Shown one piece after another: positions 61,274 to 64,000 of a stretch of DNA of 64,000 bases. The stretch is from Longimicrobiales bacterium (GTDB lineage: Bacteria; Gemmatimonadota; Gemmatimonadetes; Longimicrobiales; Gaopeijiaceae), in contig CBDANQ010000060.1 in NCBI GenBank assembly GCA_965197725.1, positions 64,001-128,000 of the forward strand, read 5' to 3'. The translations under genes and the position numbers were made by a program. Positions within the stretch are counted from its first letter, which is position 1. The number at the start of each line of letters is the position of its first letter. The notes beneath the pieces were generated by a model. That model had not been told where the DNA came from. It made no database searches and worked only from the letters and a program-made list of their open reading frames with translations.

Positions 61274-62277
61274 GGGGTCCCTGGCTCGGCCCGTCGCCGG
61301 CGATGCCGCCTCGATACTCGTCGCCGTCCTCGTCGCGACAGGCTGCGGCGACCCCGTGCAGCGCCCTGGCGCGTCCACGAGTGACACCGCGAGGGCCGCT
61401 CTTCGCATCGTCGCCGTCACGCACGGCGTCTCGGCGAACCCATTCTGGTCGGTGGTGATCAACGGCCTCGACGACGCGGCACATGACATGGGCGTAAGGG
61501 TCGAGTACCAGGCGCCGAGCACGTTCGACATGGTCACGATGAGCGAGCTCATCGACGCAGCCGTCGCCTCCCGCCCGGACGGCCTCGTAGTGTCGGTGCC
61601 CGACCCCGACGCGCTGGGTGCCTCCATCCGGATGGCCGTCGAGGTCGGCATCCCGGTGATCACCATCAACTCGGGGGAGGACGCGTCAGCCTCCCTAAGG
61701 CGCCCTGGCTCACGTGGGCCAGGCCGAGTACGACGCGGGCTTCGGCGGGGGCGAGCGGCTCGCGGAGGCCGGTGTGCAGCGCGTCCTGTGCGTGAACCAG
61801 GAGGTCGGCAACGCCGCGCTCGATACCAGGTGTCAGGGCCTCACGGACGCGCTGGCGGAGCATGGTGTGCCGGTGTCGGTGCTGGCCGTGGAGCTCGCGG
61901 ATCCCGAAGACACGCGCCAGCGGGTCGCCGGGGCGCTCTTGGCGGATTCCACGATCGATGGCATGCTCGCGCTCGGGACCACCGGCGCGGAGCCCGCGCT
62001 CGCGGCGCTTCACGACCTCGGTCGCGTCGGCGCAGTGCGCCTCGGCACGTTCGACCTTTCGACGCTGGTGCTCGAGGCGATCCGAGACGGTGAGATCGAC
62101 TTCGCCATCGACCAGCAGCAGTATCTCCAGGGCTACCTGCCCGTCGTCCTGCTCACGCTGTACATCGAGACCGGCACCGTGCCGGGCGGAGGGCACGCGA
62201 TTCCGACCGGACCGGGCTTCGTGACCATCGAGACCGCGCAGCAAGTCATGGACCTCACGCGCCGCGGCGTGCGGTGA
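61260..62277 (+). pseudogene. Sugar ABC substrate-binding lipoprotein, frameshifted near 61697
   Basis: Lipobox [19 protein letters not shown], extra A in CTAAGGCG, then DQQQYLQGY. Confidence 0.82.
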
Positions 62278-62467
62278 GCCGGCGCGCGGCTGGCGTCCTC
62301 GCCCGCCCCTTCAACCGCCCTGGGGCCGCGGCGGCGGTAGGCGCCGTCCTCATCTGGCTCCTCTTTGCGGGTGCGGCCGGACCGGCGTTCCGGAGCATGA
62401 CGGGCACCGCATCGTACCTGAACGCCGCGGCGCCGCTCGGAATCCTGGCGGTGGGCGTTGCGCTCCG
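62274..62467 (+). pseudogene. Sugar ABC permease, only about 65 N-terminal codons remain
   Basis: TM segments ...[13 protein letters not shown] fused directly to the ATPase sequence. Confidence 0.75.
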
Positions 62468-63216
62468 TCGCGCAGCCGCGCCTCGAGGCGCGCGACGTAT
62501 CGATGCGCTTCGGCGGGGTCGTGGCGCTCGAGCACGCGTCCCTGTCCGCGCGCGCTGGCGAGGTGACGTGCCTGCTCGGGGACAACGGCGCCGGCAAGTC
62601 GACACTCATCAAGGTTCTGGCTGGCGTGCACCCACCGACCGGGGGCGCATGCCTACTGGACGGGGAGACGGTTCGATTCCGCTCTCCCAGGGAGGCGCTG
62701 AGCCGCGGGATCGCGACGGTCTACCAAGACCTCGCGATGGTGCCGCTGATGAGCGTGTGGCGAAACTTTTTTCTTGGCTCCGAGCCGACGAGTGGCCGGG
62801 GACCGTTCCGCCGAATCGACGCGGACCGCTGCAGAGAGGAAACACGCGCCGAGCTCGCGGCGATGGGGATCGAGCTTCGGGATCCGGAGCAGCCGGTCGG
62901 AAGCCTGTCAGGCGGGGAGCGCCAGGCCGTCGCGATCGCCAGGGCGCTCCACTTCGGCGCCCGCGTCCTGATCTTGGACGAGCCCACCGCCGCACTCGGG
63001 CTTCGGCAGTCCGAGCGTGTCCTGGAGCACGTCCGCACGGCGGCCGACCGAGGCGTCGCCGTGGTGTTCGTCACGCATACGCCGCACCACGCTCACCCCG
63101 TTGGGGACCGCTTCGTCGTGCTGCGCAGAGGACGGGTCGTCGCGGACGAGCTGCGGGAGGCGCTGCCCGTCGAGGAGCTGGCGGCATTGATGGCAGGCGG
63201 GGCGTTCCCGGACTGA
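62458..63216 (+). CDS. Sugar ABC ATP-binding protein (native start possibly deleted)
   Basis: [16 protein letters not shown] and LILDEPT. Confidence 0.88.
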   Translation: MRSVAQPRLEARDVSMRFGGVVALEHASLSARAGEVTCLLGDNGAGKSTLIKVLAGVHPPTGGACLLDGETVRFRSPREALSRGIATVYQDLAMVPLMSVWRNFFLGSEPTSGRGPFRRIDADRCREETRAELAAMGIELRDPEQPVGSLSGGERQAVAIARALHFGARVLILDEPTAALGLRQSERVLEHVRTAADRGVAVVFVTHTPHHAHPVGDRFVVLRRGRVVADELREALPVEELAALMAGGAFPD

Positions 63217-63222
63217 CCCGCG

Positions 63223-64000
63223 TCAGAACGGCCGCCTCTTCACCATGAAGTCCCAATAGGCCTTCACGTCTTCGACGCTCAGCAAATCCACGCCGGCATC
63301 CAGTAGTTGACTCCACACTGCCTCGGTGCGTTGCCTGCCGGGGGAGGGGATGTTCGAAAACCGAAGGCGGTAGCCTCCTCGGTGAGCCTCCTCGATTCTT
63401 TGCGCCAGCCGGCGAGAGTCACGCTCAGAGAGGTTTCCCAAACCGCGCCAGCTGAAATGGTCTTCCCAATCGTCGCTGATTACGGAAATGAAGTTTGCGG
63501 GAACACGCGCCGCCGAGTTCTCAATGTCCTCGAGGCGGCCATCATAGCTGGCGATTCGCACGGCCTCGCTCGTCATCAACCTGCGCGGCCGATTCCCCGA
63601 CACGATCACTGAGATCGCTCTCGTCTGAACCTGGGTCTCGGAGTAAGTAGTGAGCATGTCCGAATACTGCGCGAGTACGCCACGCAGTTCCTCGTACGTC
63701 GACCTCGCATCCGATTTGATGTCGATGAGGAGATCGAGCGAGTGTGCGCTCGCATAGACCCAGCCGTTGTGCGCTCGCACATGATCTCTAAGCGGATCCA
63801 GGTAGAGCGCCTGAAGCGTTTTGGTCGATTCCAGATCCTCCTCGTCGTGGCCGACCAGGAGCGCTCCCTCAACGAGGTGGATGTCCACTTCGATGCTGAT
63901 GAACCCGAGCGATAGAGCGTCCCACAACGGCGTTTGGCGCAGGTAGTCGTTGTGCGAATGGCCGGAGAGGATCGGCTCATTCGGGATCGCGACGGCGGTG
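63223..64000 (-). CDS. PI-PLC/GDPD-superfamily phosphodiesterase, 5' end outside window
   Basis: GHSHNDY, SIEVDI, LYLDPL, LLIDIK and SGNRP. Confidence 0.82.
   Translation of the reverse strand, partial: TAVAIPNEPILSGHSHNDYLRQTPLWDALSLGFISIEVDIHLVEGALLVGHDEEDLESTKTLQALYLDPLRDHVRAHNGWVYASAHSLDLLIDIKSDARSTYEELRGVLAQYSDMLTTYSETQVQTRAISVIVSGNRPRRLMTSEAVRIASYDGRLEDIENSAARVPANFISVISDDWEDHFSWRGLGNLSERDSRRLAQRIEEAHRGGYRLRFSNIPSPGRQRTEAVWSQLLDAGVDLLSVEDVKAYWDFMVKRRPF

Overview
GC-rich bacterial window. The gene repertoire (TonB receptor, DUF5916/DUF4159-type proteins, eukaryote-like Ser/Thr kinase, secreted cyanophycinase) suggests Gemmatimonadota, but this is an inference. It is a heavily decayed, IS-rich accessory region containing IS256 (one complete copy plus several fragments), an IS1182/IS5-like element (three copies, all in YTAG), IS21 (two copies), one IS110/IS1111 element, an IS91 fragment, remnants of tyrosine-integrase and mobilisable elements, tRNA-Arg(CCT) and a 3' tRNA fragment. 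Intact cargo includes a CusCBA-type Cu/Ag efflux operon with a Met/Cys-rich upstream ORF, marR/nmrA, gdhA, a rhodanese-YeeE-TusA-lipoprotein rhodanese sulfur cluster, two DUF5916-type outer-membrane proteins and a PafA-like phosphatase operon. Three signals stand out. (1) An integron-cassette-like array at 1.16-4.6 kb in which an IS1111-type element sits precisely in an attC-like left end, its 3' non-coding region carries bridge/seekRNA-like guides matching that target, and two other attC-like sites carry 21-bp mini-inserts at the same position. (2) A 94-bp-arm palindrome inside istA that looks like two orientations of an inverted segment superimposed. (3) A candidate copper-sensing arrest peptide before cusCBA. 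All product calls come from motif recognition by eye, and single-base frameshifts could be sequencing errors.
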